From an uncultured cyanobacterium (GTDB taxonomy: Bacteria; Cyanobacteriota; Cyanobacteriia; Cyanobacteriales; CAWCAG01): DNA of 64,000 nt. Location of the stretch: the NCBI GenBank assembly GCA_963793425.1, contig CAWCAG010000009.1, positions 864,001 through 928,000 of the forward strand, read 5' to 3'. Positions 63,783 through 64,000 of the stretch are shown here, piece after piece (position 1 is the first letter of the stretch; every line of letters starts with the position of its first letter). Both the position numbers and the translations under genes were made by a program. Below the pieces are notes generated by a model, which was not told where the DNA came from, did no database searches, and saw only the letters and a program-made list of their open reading frames with translations.

Positions 63783-64000
63783 ATCTTGTGGCTTTCTCCT
63801 TTTTTAAGCCGCCTTCTGTTGAAATGGGGAATGCCTATTGACCAGGACGAGAAACTCTCTTACTTAATTAATATACCCAAACTGATTTACTGAATCTCCT
63901 ATAATTATTATTTATTCCCTATTGACTTATGATAACTTTCCTGGTTCCTTAGTTTTTATAACATACTCCTTTTAAATATGGATGATTGTTTATTATGTAC

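Overview
Chromosomal window from a cyanobacterium, judged from the many HIP1 GCGATCGC octamers, heptamer tandem repeats, petB/petD, ctpA, curT and a CIRCE-regulated groEL2. Housekeeping genes (gloB, mntCAB, recJ, gmd, petBD, ctpA, groEL2, purB) alternate with accessory DNA: a C-terminally cut N6-adenine methyltransferase/type ISP-like R-M gene, a copper/metal-resistance island reduced by internal deletions and gene fusions, a secreted three-gene cluster, a 2608-aa RTX/serralysin-like metalloprotease and several gene remnants. The top candidate for an undescribed system is the two-gene minus-strand locus at 49677-56498. It encodes a 1014-aa protein whose C-terminal half I read by eye as a very divergent, probably catalytically inactive Argonaute-like MID-PIWI module, followed by a 1224-aa SF2 helicase with a possible N-terminal nuclease-like domain. 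The Argonaute reading is pattern-based inference and needs profile or structure confirmation. Single-base deletions next to GGCC, including one in the essential petD, indicate long-read sequencing errors, so isolated frameshifts should not be taken as pseudogenes.
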